A stretch of DNA of 64,000 nucleotides from Phoronis australis (taxonomy: Eukaryota > Animalia > Phoronida). The translations under genes and the position numbers were made by a program. Shown in pieces: positions 1 to 11,166 of the stretch. The number at the start of each line of letters is the position of its first letter. The stretch's first letter is position 1. Location of the stretch: contig NMRA01000281.1 of NCBI GenBank assembly GCA_002633005.1, forward strand, positions 265,123-329,122, in the 5' to 3' direction. Under the pieces are notes generated by a model. That model was not told the origin of the DNA, ran no database searches, and saw only the letters and a program-made list of their open reading frames with translations.

Positions 1-879
1 TTGAGGCACGGGAAATTTTGAATTCTTAAATTTAGGACACTGCGCTTTGCAAAAACAGAATCTGAAAATCTTTTTGATTGTTGAATATAGCCGCTAACAT
101 GTTTTCATACATCCCCAAAGTGTGAAATATCAAGCTGAATGATTTTTGTCCCTGATTTTAATTTGGAACAGTCAATACTGCCTATTTCTAAAATTTGGTA
201 CAAGGTCCGACTTTGTAGAAATTTTACCATAAAATTATGTTAATCACAAACTGGGTGAAATGGAGTCTAAAACATGTCGACTCTCTATCTCCGATTATTC
301 ATACAAGGCCTGAATATTTTTTTCAGGAATAGTCTTTTTACATTTATATAAAAGTCTATGTAATACACAATAACTGGAGTTATGCCCACAAACCACAAGA
401 CATGTAAAAAATAAAGTAATATTTGCAGAAAAGAACTAATCTTTCCCCAACCACCATACAAACTTATGTTCACAACAGTATTACCTCCTGTGAATGGAAT
501 AAACATAAATACAACAGCAAGCAAAGTGAGTCTGAGTGGGTTTCCCACAAGGTGACCTGAACTGTCAATGTGAATAGTTGACCTTGAACCCCTAGACAAT
601 GCTTTGGGTGGGGTGGACACTGTGAGTAAGGTAAACTATATTAGTGCCAAACTATATTACTGCCATTAAACTACAAAAGTTGACATGGATCAGCTGACAG
701 CGCAAGTATGTGTGTAAACGGGACTGAACTGGAGCTAATTGACATTGCGGTGACAACTTTTGCCACCCGTTTGTGAGGTAGAGCAATTTGTGCTAGAACA
801 TCTTGCTCCGTGTCAATTATGTGTCTAAATGCGAAACTGGGGCAAGGTGGAAAGAATCATCTCTACTGCGCTTGTGTAA

Positions 880-1522
880 TGACCTAAATACATAATAGAT
901 AACATAATAGATGCTAGAAACAAACTATTTGAATACGCAAAACATGATTGGGCTGAATCTGTTGTAACTAAACCCAAGTTAAGAACCTACATTTTATTTA
1001 AGCACAAGCTTTTAACTGAGCCGTATGTAAAGATTAATTTATCTCGTTCCAAGCGATCTCTTCTGGCTCAACTTAGAGCAGGAAATCTCCCATTGCACTA
1101 GGAAACTGGTCGTTATGTAAACACTCCTGTAAGTGAAAGACTTTGCTTGTGCTGTGATTCTGGTTCTGTGGAGGTTGAGCTACATTTTGTGTTTGATTGT
1201 TCTCTTTATAACTCACAGAGGTCTATTCTGTTTAATAATGTTTCACTTCAAATCCCGAACTTTGTAGATTTCAGTAGATTAGATACCTTAAAACTGCTAT
1301 TTCAGTATTTCCCTACGCAATTTGCCAAATATATCAAGTCTGCTTTTGAACTTAGAAACCGACGCATTTATGGTATACCTACATCTGAGTTGTGTGGTTA
1401 AAGTGACTAATAAGCCCAACTGGGCTGGGTACTTAATATCTTTCTTACGAATGTTATACGTATAACTGTTTGATTTAATTGTACTTGTCACTATCATAAA
1501 TAAATACTACTACTACTACTAC
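880..1522 (+). mobile_element. 5'-truncated non-LTR retrotransposon (LINE, RTE-X/L2-like) 3' end, decayed
   Basis: Translates to ...KLRTYILFK...RSLLAQLRAGNLPLH*ETGRY...ERLCLCCDSGSVEVELHFVFDCSLYNSQR, the typical ORF2 C-terminal ETGRY/CCHC zinc-knuckle region, with an in-frame stop near 1099. Ends in AATAAA (1499-1504) plus a (TAC)6 tail (1505-1522). 5' boundary approximate. Confidence 0.8.
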
Positions 1523-2034
1523 AGGTTCTCTGTCTCTTCAACTCCTGTCATTTGTAAACCTGCGCATGTGTGATCCACTCTTCAGCCTGCAATTTCCGTT
1601 TTGCCACAGTTACTAAGTTGTGTGTGTAAATGGACACTAGACACCGATCAATTTGCTCCGTGTCAGTTGCGCCGGGGCAAAAGTTGATGTCTAAACAGGA
1701 CTATTGCTAGGTGGATTCAAAGGAATGTCTGCACTGTCTAAGCACACTCATTGATCCTTTATTTAAATGTGACACAAAATGGGCTGTGGGTAAAGAACAA
1801 CTATATTGTATGAAAAAGCTAGCAGTAAGGTTAAACTTTGTGGAAAAATCTACAGCATTGGTAAAGGACTGTGTTCTTCAATGGAGAGGTAATAAAATCT
1901 GGGTGCTGAAGGATAGTAGGTAGCGTATGGGGAGAGACAGATGTGACAGCATACTCTCCCTGGACACCAGCGCCTATGGCAGCTCTGCACCAATCCCATT
2001 CAGAAGTAGCTTTCCCTGGCTCTCCACTTTCACA

Positions 2035-2088
2035 NNNNNNNNNNNNNNNNNNNNNNNNNNNNNNNNNNNNNNNNNNNNNNNNNNNNNN
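2035..2088. other. Assembly gap (54 N)
   Basis: Run of N seen directly. Confidence 0.99.
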
Positions 2089-2198
2089 TTCCCTATGCTT
2101 ATGAAGTACTGTAGGGTGGAATTTTTGGTGGAGACAGCTAATGTTTAGATAAAATTGGAGCAGAATATCACAACAACTGTTGAGCACAAGTGACTTAC

Positions 2199-2286
2199 TT
2201 CCTTCAGCGTGTGTGCGTGGATCAGCCTGTAGATGAACAATTCTGGATGTGTTGAAGGAACTTGCACGACGGATGATTCCATGAAC
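2199..2286 (-). CDS. GMDS: GDP-mannose 4,6-dehydratase, coding exon 3 (gene continues left of the window)
   Basis: ttttag|...|gtaagt, 88 nt. Encodes [29 protein letters not shown], matching human [29 protein letters not shown]. Confidence 0.95.
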
Positions 2287-4999
2287 CTAAAAAGGGAGTA
2301 TTAACATAAAATATCAAATTTTCAAACAATTATGCTATTGAAGGTCATAGTCAAAAGGGTGCTGCATTTTGAGAACCAGTTTCTTGCTTTCTATTTGACT
2401 GACCATCACACCAGACAGTAAATCTTACAAAACCAGTCCCCAACGTTTCCCTGCCTCCATAGTTATATCTGCACTTACATCTTCATGATCTCATGCCTCA
2501 AAAATTCTTCAGAATAACAGAGGGCTGACTAAACCTTCCAAAATTTGACCTATTCAATTCGATTTCAGGTTATTTCTCAATTCAATGTTTGAAACGATGA
2601 TATCAGGAAACTTATTTATCGTAACAATTTTTTAGCCTTAACTGACAAATTTATTGAATTCACATTTACACATCAGCACGTGAAAGGAAGACAAGTGTAG
2701 TGTTAACTTTGAGGGTAACTAGGGAAACAAAACAAAGCATTATTTATTGTCATGTAAGACCCTCGGAAAATTTAAAATTTGTCAAATTTTGGAACACCGA
2801 ATCTCAAAAATCCCGAAAAATCGTTCTTCATGAATTGCTATCCAAAACAGTGCTGAGAATTGTTTTTGAAAGGCACCACTAAGTATGATATGATATCAAA
2901 CATGAGCAATGCAGAGCGTTGATATGCACCCACCATGTACATCACATATAACCTAGATACAAGGAATGACAACTATTTTAATTTAAACATTCCCAACCAT
3001 GGCCTCAAGAGGGTGTATTGCAAGTAAGGCAATGCTCTCCTCAACAGGAACACACTTGCTAAGATCGCATAAAAAAATAAAACTGCCACATGGGGCACAG
3101 CAGTCAGCTACATCCAAGTCGTCGCCCTCTGTTGTCATGTTCTAAAAAATACACTACGCTATCCAAATTTCACAGGAGCTTAGGACAAGCTGTGGATGCG
3201 AAAAAGCAAAACTTACAAAAATCATTTGTCAGCCATGCTATTTCCAGCAGGAACACATCACATATTTGCATACTGATTTTTAATAGTTGTTTGGCCTAAA
3301 AGGGAGACGGACGCCAGAAACAGACCTGGATATAATAAAAACGGCCACTAGGAGATGTACACTACGCCAAATCCATCTGAAAACTGGTAGCTGTCATCGC
3401 CTCTTTAACGGAAACCTATTTGCCCAATTAGACAAAAATAAGTCAAGGAACTCCGAAGATACTGAAGGAAAATGGCAAAAATAAACTTGACACTCGGAGG
3501 CACACCGCAAGTCGGACCCGTCCGAAAACTCGCTGATGCTGTCCAATCCCTGAAAGGGAAACGTCTTCAAAATTTCATGACACTGGAAGGACAGGGATGA
3601 TGGCGTAATGCACCCACATATAAAATATGTACAAAAATGTGACTTTGTGATTTTTATGAAAAAACTCATAAGTTGCATAAAACAAAAACAAAGTGATAAT
3701 TTTAGAATCTGTAACAGGCTTTTTGAGATTTCATTTTAAACGTTTATCTCTTGTGTAATTTGGTCATGTTATTGATAACATTGCTATGCTAGTGTTGTAA
3801 AAACTTTCTCTTTTTTGTTAAATTTCACACATGAATCCAACAACAGCAGGTTTTTACTTTCAAAAAAGTTTTACTGAATTAAAAAAATATAAATGTAGAT
3901 AAAAGACCTTTGGCTTTAAACCCGGACTAGTCAATTAAGTCTCGAAACACCTGTTGAGAATACAATGATAAACAAGGACATAAAAAGACATAAAAATGTC
4001 TGTACGTGGAGTACTTGTCTAGGTGAACACTCAACGTAGTTCAGTTGAGAAACACAAGATGCTGACTAGGCATTAAGGTGATGTAGGAACTTTTCCACAA
4101 GTCTGTGTAATGAGTCAAGTATCTTAAAAACTAAAGATAGTGAAACAGCAGCATACGTGCCATGCCTAACTTTCACATTCAAGACAATTTAACAAATATC
4201 TCAAAAACGCAACAGTTTTCTAAAGTACGAATTCATTTTTTGTTTTTTGCAATTTTTGATTTTGTTCATGACAGTCATAAAAGTCCTGGTTTGATAACCC
4301 CTTATACAAAAATGGAACATTTTAAAAACAATTCCAAAACGTATTTTGACAACAGTGCACAAAGCATAATACCTGAATTTTTCACATGAATCCGAATTTA
4401 ACCAAATTTGGACACTTTTCTAGGGTCCTACGTATGCTCGAGAGGACTTCAACAGTGTGGATGTCGACTAGGATGAGCATGGTAACAGTCTGAACTCTTC
4501 CTAAGGAACTGTTACATAGAAAAGTACATATATCTTTTAACATAGAGTACTAACAAATATTAATCATGGGCATTAGTGAAGGAAATAAAGGTGACTGGGC
4601 GGTCAGTTTGGCCAAGCACATCCTCATTACAACTGCAAAAAATGTAAAATGCCTAAATAGGTGTTGAGTATTTTTTCAGCAGCGCATAAGATATAGCAAA
4701 AGTTCAATTCGGGGAAAAGAATAATTGCTAAAATCACCATTTTTTCTTAGAATTTTTCCACTGCTGTTAAAGCATTTTACAAGATGCTTTCTGGCGACAT
4801 CTGTACACCGTGCTCAGTGAAAATAAAGTAAAAATTTCATATGAGTTCAAGAAATTTCACAAAATTAAAACTCGCTAAAGTAAGCCAAACTACATAATTG
4901 TGCCATAAACCTAAATAAATTTGCTATGATCTAGCAAAAGATTGTCAAAAATGGAAAGACCAGAAACCAAACTGAATAAAAAAGAAGTGTGACACTTAC

Positions 5000-5044
5000 A
5001 GTATATCCTTTTTCTAGAAGAAATTCTGCTAGATAGGACCCATC
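5000..5044 (-). CDS. GMDS: GDP-mannose 4,6-dehydratase, coding exon 2
   Basis: tttcag|...|gtaagt, 45 nt, phase 0/0. Encodes DGSYLAEFLLEKGYT (human DGSYLAEFLLEKGYE). Confidence 0.95.
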
Positions 5045-6374
5045 CTGAAAATAGACATCGAAAATTATTAGTGCATACATCACTTAAAAATATATAGTCC
5101 TTCTGTCAGCACAGAAGAAAAAAATACTGAAATTTAAAATCGTCTGGTTATATTCATCAAACATGACAAAAGGTGTTTTTGTCAAGTAAAACTAAAAGTG
5201 CACTGTGTCCATGTTGTGAGTGAAATAGTTACAGAGCCTTCGATACCTCAGTTTTGAGGCCAAATAACTGCCTCACTCCCAGACAGTAGACACCCTAAAC
5301 CATTTAACACCAGAGCAAACTTTCTTCACAGACTCTTTGAACCCCAGACTGAGAGAGATTTGTTGTTGTCTGAAGCAATTTCTATTGGCAAAGACATTGT
5401 TCGCCTAAGCACTTAATGGGTTATACTTATGATAATATCATGTCATTGGTTTAGCCAGAACAAGAAGTAAATTGACAACATGCTGCAAGCATACATGGAC
5501 CATTCATGGGAAGGCATCCATCTACTGTAGCCATAGCCGGCAGTTACCATCCCATCGTCCTCTGACTGGTGTTTCTCACATGACAACCGAGGTTAGCATC
5601 AGTGAACACATGATCAACATACTTAGCCACGATCAACACCCACATGATTTTTTTTTTAATTAACAAGTACTTAACAGTCTTACCTAGTTAATTGAATTCC
5701 CTTTATGTATCACTCAAACAGCTTGTACTGCCTGCCATCCACCCTGTTTACAGTTTAACTTTTCATGCACAAAATCTTGCTTTTTTTAAATGCGGGTAAC
5801 AAGTTGAAGTGGCAGAGGAAGTAGCCAGCCAGCTAGCTGTATGAAGACTGTTGTTGAAGTATATTACTACACAGCTACTACAAGGCTTCAGAGTAAGCAG
5901 ATGCCTGGGAAGTTTCCATTTTTGAAAAATTTGCAAATTTGAAGTTTGCACATTAAATAGTACTGAACATTCATCAATTTATTTTAATTGAATAACTACT
6001 TGTCAGCAAATTGCTATGACTTCAAGAGACATGCTTTCAGAAGCATCGAGTTTTAAGGGGTCGATAAGGAGTAGGCAACACATAGCCCCTCGGTTGGCCG
6101 GTTAGAGGATACAATACTTGTCATCACTTTCTGTATGAATTTCGTCCCGTACATTTTAAACAGGTGGTACGCCAAATCCAGCCACCGATTAGGTGTTTTC
6201 ACCTCGTCAAAAATACATTCCAGACTTAAAACTACTTCTTAAAAAAGCGCTTACTTTCTTCAGTGATCCTTACTACTTCTACACATATCTTCCACGAAGC
6301 TTAGTTACGAGAATTAGGTGACTTTAGCGAAGAATTCGAACTCCACTTTTTTGGTCACCGTTAACCACAAAGTA

Positions 6375-6560
6375 CTTCAACTGAGTCACGTGAGTTAGGC
6401 AAAGGCTAGCGCGAGACTGAGCGAAGCACGTGACGCTGGCACGTTAAACTTGCAAAATAGCATGGGAAGGTACCAGGTGAAATTTGTAAGATTTGTGTCC
6501 CTTGGACTTTTTATTCATCAACATGCGTGATTTTACGTAACTTCCTCAAAATGGCACCTG
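6375..6560. promoter_or_regulatory. Promoter-like motif cluster inside GMDS intron 1
   Basis: Overlapping AP-1/E-box TGAGTCACGTGA (6382-6393), second E-box CACGTGAC (6427-6434), YY1-like CAAAATGGC (6547-6555), locally CpG-rich. A minus-strand donor (gtaagc) lies at 6254-6249. Confidence 0.3.
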
Positions 6561-7349
6561 GTAAGAGAAACTCAACAAACCGCAACAGATTTTCATCGAT
6601 TTGTTCAAATTATCTTGACTGAATCACCTCCAGACTTATGGTGGGTGTTAATTACAAAACCATGTCATTGTACATGTATGCATGTTTCATTTACTTTTAT
6701 TTCCTGTATTTTGAAATTCGTAACTTTTTGTGGGAATGTACTATCGCCCCTGCATGACTGCGGCATCCAGGACGACGTAATTGCCTAGATAATCATAATG
6801 AGTAGCCTACGCCAGCTATGGTACAAATTTTTTGTGAGCAAAGCCTTGAGTTATCGCTTATAAAATATTAGTCCCTTGACTAATTTTCTCTTAGGTGACA
6901 CCCCTCAAATTCCCAGGGAAATATGTTTTATAACATGTATTGAATATGCTTTTCCAGAAGTGACAGAATTTACATGGATAAGTCCGATAGGCGCAAACTA
7001 CGGTAAAATGGGTAGGTCTTACAGTTGCTATAAGCGACAAAAGAGAACCATTACAACCACGCTTTACCAACGAACATGCGCCTTTTTTATTTTTTTATGC
7101 GGTTATGGCGCAAGGGGCAGTCCAGGGATATCCCTGCAAGATAACGTCCCTGCTGGCTTCCAAATGCAGTCCGTCGATGTAACACTAACGTCAACTTCAC
7201 CTACTTGTCAGATTTGTTCAGTCGCCATGGCATGACGTGGCAACGCCAGTGACGCTTGAGCATTCCTTCCTCAACGGTGATAAATTTTTTAGTCAAGTTA
7301 AACAAACGTGCGCTATCCTACAGAATATCCACGATAAAGTTCATCATAC

Positions 7350-7421
7350 CTGTCCTGTTATTCCTGTGATTAAAGCAACTTTCCCAATGCCGTTTGTCGA
7401 CGAAGCGTCACCGGTCGCCAT
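7350..7421 (-). CDS. GMDS: GDP-mannose 4,6-dehydratase, coding exon 1
   Basis: ATG at 7421. Encodes MATGDASSTNGIGKVALITGITGQ (Rossmann-fold GxxGxxG motif completed by exon 2, DG). Donor cag|gtatga. Confidence 0.95.
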
Positions 7422-7700
7422 TTTAGAATAAACTGTGTCAAGCAGGATGACGTCAAAGGTCAGAGGACACAAGAAAGTGTTCGGATCGGATGGAACTTGT
7501 CTAGGCAAACTCATTCAGTCGATTGGCTTGTGGTTATGACGTAGCAACACAGTAACCAATAAAAATCATGTTCTCGCTTGGAGTTGTAGAAGTTGTAGTA
7601 ACCACCAGGCCTTGCACGGGCATGTCGGGGAAATTCCTTCATATAAAGCTGAGGGCAATAGGGAACGAGGCCTATTGCTTTTGCTTACGGGAACGTGATT
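7422..7700. promoter_or_regulatory. Bidirectional promoter / 5' UTR region between GMDS and the SAM-SAM-protease gene
   Basis: Divergent ATGs at 7421 (-) and 7701 (+). Palindromic CRE TGACGTCA (7448-7455), AAGGTCA half-site (7456-7462), oppositely oriented CCAAT boxes (ATTGG 7522-7526; CCAAT 7556-7560). Confidence 0.65.
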
Positions 7701-7872
7701 ATGACAGACCAAGTTCTCATATTTCTGCAAAGCTTGGATTTGGAAAAACATCATGAAATTTTTAAAATAAAAGGTTACGATTCTCCCTCCGATTTACTTT
7801 ACCTGACATCGGAAGACTTGGAAATCATGTGCATCGTGGACGACGAGGAAAAGTCAACGATATTAACAGAAG
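7701..7872 (+). CDS. SAM-SAM-retropepsin-like protein, exon 1 (SAM domain 1)
   Basis: MTDQVLIFLQSLDLEKHHEIFKIKGYDSPSDLLYLTSEDLEIMCIVDDEEKSTILTE has the SAM pattern (FLxxLxLxxxxxxF...LLxLTxEDL). Donor G|gtaaga, phase 1. Confidence 0.85.
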
Positions 7873-8773
7873 GTAAGACAGAATGTTCTTGTTCCCGTTT
7901 GACTTCCAAGATCCCTTAGTTAAATTCAAAGAAATGTGAACTGAAAAGACCAACCCTCAGTGGCGTACTCCCTTTGAATACTGAGAGCTGCATGAGAAAG
8001 GGTCCACCGACCTGACTGATTAGTGATTTCCCCGGCCGAAGAAGCCTTAGTTGTAAACATTTTCTTTGATAGAGTTGTTCACTTGTTTATTTGTGTCCTT
8101 ACGTATACTGTTCAGGTAAGTATCTGGGGTGGGACGATAACGATACACGTACTGGAAAACTGTTCAATATGATAAGATTACTACTATAATGAACGATCCT
8201 GAGCTGGTTCTTGGTTCACTATGGGTAGGCCTGTCTGTGAATAACATTCCGGCTTCAAAAGATAGAAATGATAAAATCTCCATGGCAATTAATGATGGGT
8301 CACCATAAAGGTCGCGTCCGCATCGCTGTTCGATTACTATTCAATTAATCGTCTTTCGCACCTTTAGTGAGTACAGCGTACTGGACGCCCCTTCCCGTTC
8401 TCACCCTGCCATGGCTGTCGTGGTCCGGCAGCCAGCAGCAACAGTGATAATCACAACAGATGAAGTTTAAGGAACCTGGCATATCACTTCTGACTAGAAT
8501 TAATACTAAATACTTTATGTTTATAGTTCTATTATTTACAGACTTTACTTTATAACTCATACCTTACAGTAAGTGAGTTACAGTAAGCTTCTATGTATCT
8601 AAACGGAGCTTTTATTAAATATAAATTATATCAGAGCAATATGGTTTGCAGACAACCAAAGCTTTTCAATATTAAAACATTTTAATGATGTTTTTGTGCG
8701 TGCTGAAGTTACATTTTCACAGGTATACGTATAAAAACCTACTGTACATTTACGCATCTTCGTTGCATTGCAG

Positions 8774-8971
8774 CCAGAAACTTCAGTTTACCGGACGAAG
8801 CTCGCCTGGAAGATTGGCTGAGGGAAATTCGATTGGACTATTACTTGGAGAACTTCGTGTCGTGCGGCCACATTTCACTTGAAGACATTCAAAATCTAAC
8901 TATTGACGAGAAATTATTCGACGAGTTAGAAATTTTGCTTCCAGGCCACAGAAAACGACTAAGTCGAGCAG
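8774..8971 (+). CDS. SAM-SAM-retropepsin-like protein, exon 2 (SAM domain 2)
   Basis: ttgcag|...G|gtaagc, phase 1/1. Encodes ARNFSLPDEARLEDWLREIRLDYYLENFVSCGHISLEDIQNLTIDEKLFDELEILLPGHRKRLSRA, a classic SAM signature (WL..I.L..Y...F...GHRKRL). Confidence 0.9.
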
Positions 8972-9107
8972 GTAAGCCTATTCCTTTACTTTCCCTCATT
9001 GAATTACAGAATTTACCAGAATACAAGAAGAGCACAGGTGCGAATCCAGAGAGCAGATCGGCTACCCCTGTATCCTTTAATTGATAATAATAGTAATGGA
9101 AGAATAT

Positions 9108-9252
9108 CAGGGGCGGATTCAAATTTTGAAGGGGGGTCGGATTTTTTGAAAATGGGTCCAAGTCAACAATTTGAAAATTGTAGATTTCACATCTCTAAAA
9201 TCAAGGGAAAAAAGAGGGTCCAGTCCCCCTTGACCCTCTGGGTCCGCCTATG
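9108..9252 (+). mobile_element. Short non-autonomous TIR element (CAGGGGCGGATTC...GGTCCGCCTATG family)
   Basis: Imperfect terminal inverted repeats. Homologous in reverse orientation to 12743-12902 and its duplicate near 14412-14571. Confidence 0.65.
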
Positions 9253-9493
9253 CGTATGTATGCTATTGTCAGACAGCCGTCTGAACAACGTCCTTAATCC
9301 AATCCTTGTAGCATGCTGAAGCGGCATAATCGATGAGACCATTGTTTTACTTTTACTTTTAGATCTGCCCAGCTCTGTACCTCAGCTGAGTGAGTTACTC
9401 TCTACCACTCGGACATTGCTAAACCTATTTGATGTAAATTTCAGAATGTGGTAGTAGAAACTGATGGTTATGAAGCATCGTTTTACCTTACAG

Positions 9494-9649
9494 TGGCTCA
9501 ACTTAGGAAAAAGCACCGAGGTTCCGAATCTCCGGTTGCCACCGGTTACTGGGCCAAGCCGAGTCCTCTTGACAGTGCGACGCATGACTTCCTGTGTATA
9601 AAGGCGACAGTACAATCAACTAGAGATCAAAGCCAGCAAAACACGACAG
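9494..9649 (+). CDS. SAM-SAM-retropepsin-like protein, exon 3 (linker and first protease strands)
   Basis: ttacag|...G|gtagac, phase 1/1, in frame with both neighbours. Encodes VAQLRKKHRGSESPVATGYWAKPSPLDSATHDFLCIKATVQSTRDQSQQNTT. Confidence 0.8.
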
Positions 9650-10156
9650 GTAGACTCAGACATTGATGTATTCGAACTAATAGCTGTGCCCTAATTAGTT
9701 ATCAAATAACGTCGTTGTTGTCATTTGAAGTGTGATTACAGGTAAACCATTGGAACTGCAAGATATTCAGTGTCTTTAAATTTCCTTTTTCAACTCATTG
9801 CCTGGTGCTGGTCTTGACATTTAATTGCCGTTACAATTCCTTGACGTTTTTCAGCTCCATTAACATTGCGCGATAAAAATCCGCTCTCGAAAACCAAGTC
9901 GCATGTTTGCCATTCTGATTCACACAGAGCGCGTGGCCCCTACATTCACATCAAGGTGTAACCATACAGTAGGCCCGGATGTAGGGTCTGGTCCACGGGC
10001 ATCGCGAATTTGAACTCGCGGTGTCGTACTGAAGTGTGAGCACATTTGTGAGACACCTTGCATAGTATACGAATAGACACTGGTCGTGCAGGTCGGGATG
10101 ATGGCGTTTACTAATGATAGTGCTTTGCTATTTTCCTATATCAACTGACGCCATTT

Positions 10157-10310
10157 CATGGGCGGCGCAGCGCTGAAATAAGTAGAGGGCTATAGCCTCT
10201 TAGCCCCTTATGGTGCGCGCCGCCCATGCCAATGGACGGCACAGCATTGAAATAAGTGAGGGCTATAGCCCCCCCCCNCCCCCCAACCCCTTATTGGTAT
10301 GCCGCCCATG
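10157..10310 (+). mobile_element. Dimeric MITE-like element, TIR CATGGGCGGC, 5-bp TSD CATTT
   Basis: Two tandem ~75-bp units, ends CATGGGCGGC...GCCGCCCATG, flanked by CATTT at 10152-10156 and 10311-10315. Same family as 16896-17025. Confidence 0.7.
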
Positions 10311-10403
10311 CATTTTAAAAACGGTTTATGTGTATTGGACTGAGGAGTCCATGAAACTGAAATTCTGTTTTCGCCATATTGAAGTTATAATCCTTTTATT
10401 CAG

Positions 10404-10573
10404 AATTTATGGTCGATTCTGGAAGTGACGTAGTTACTATCAGAGAGGACATCTTGAGCGAGTTGAATCTTGAACCGCTAATAAAAGTTCAAAGTCAGGG
10501 CGTACATACGTCAATGGAAAAGCAATTGTACAAGGCACGACTTCAGGTTGGCAGCGAAAGTTTAGACGTAGAG
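10404..10573 (+). CDS. SAM-SAM-retropepsin-like protein, exon 4 (catalytic DSG motif)
   Basis: ttattcag|...gag|gtgagt, phase 1/0. Encodes EFMVDSGSDVVTIREDILSELNLEPLIKVQSQGVHTSMEKQLYKARLQVGSESLDVE, with the hydrophobic-D[ST]G[AS] motif of retropepsin/DDI-type aspartic proteases and a flap-like QGVH. Confidence 0.9.
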
Positions 10574-11166
10574 GTGAGTAATTGGAAACATATGCCTGAA
10601 TTGTCGTCGATTTATGCACAATGACAAATATCGGTCTCGCCGTAGGGATGATATCGTCTCCACCACACCATCATGATATCTCGAATACTATACAACCCCA
10701 CATATATCCACTGCAATTTTGTGAGTTATCTTAGCTATTAAAATTCGTCTTAAGTCCGTTCCAAAAAAGTGATTTTTTACTTATGTCATGTCTGAAGTTT
10801 AACTAAGTTACCGTATGTGTAAGTTTAAAAGTGTGGAAGTTGAGACAAAGCTTAGATTTATAAGTAAAAAATTAACTTAAGTCAGTTTCTTGGAACTTGT
10901 CCCTGAAATTAGTCTTGTTGATTAAGACTTGTGGTCAGACAGAGTGAGTCAGTTTTTTTTTAATGTTTGCTTGCAATGTATCACGATGTGAAATTTTGTC
11001 AAATAAAACGATGAGATCGATTGTCGTTCATAAAGAATGAGAGCCGACACCGTGCGATCACATCCACCAGCCAGGCAGCCTCCAAAGCACAATCTGACCG
11101 CTAAAATGTCAATTTCACAGCTAAAATGTACAGATTTTAATAAAAAACTTTGTTTTCTATTTTCAG

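Noticed and set aside
3540-3590. SECIS-like or U3-like sequence on the minus strand
   Set aside because: Helix and apical AA spacing do not fit SECIS. The U3 resemblance is limited to a few bases and is better explained as a splice-acceptor-like motif.
5209-5285. H/ACA-like hairpin followed by ACA on the minus strand
   Set aside because: No correctly placed H box or 5' hairpin, and no telomeric template nearby, so neither snoRNA nor telomerase RNA can be supported.
6037-6127. C/D-box snoRNA candidate on the minus strand (GTGATGA...CTGA, 91 nt)
   Set aside because: No terminal stem and no convincing rRNA or snRNA antisense element next to D or D'. The boxes could be chance; needs an Rfam/snoscan search.
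8345-8560. Minus-strand Cys-rich ORF (CCDYHCCCWL...VQYAVL) within intron 1 of the SAM-protease gene
   Set aside because: No compatible upstream exons found and no recognisable family.
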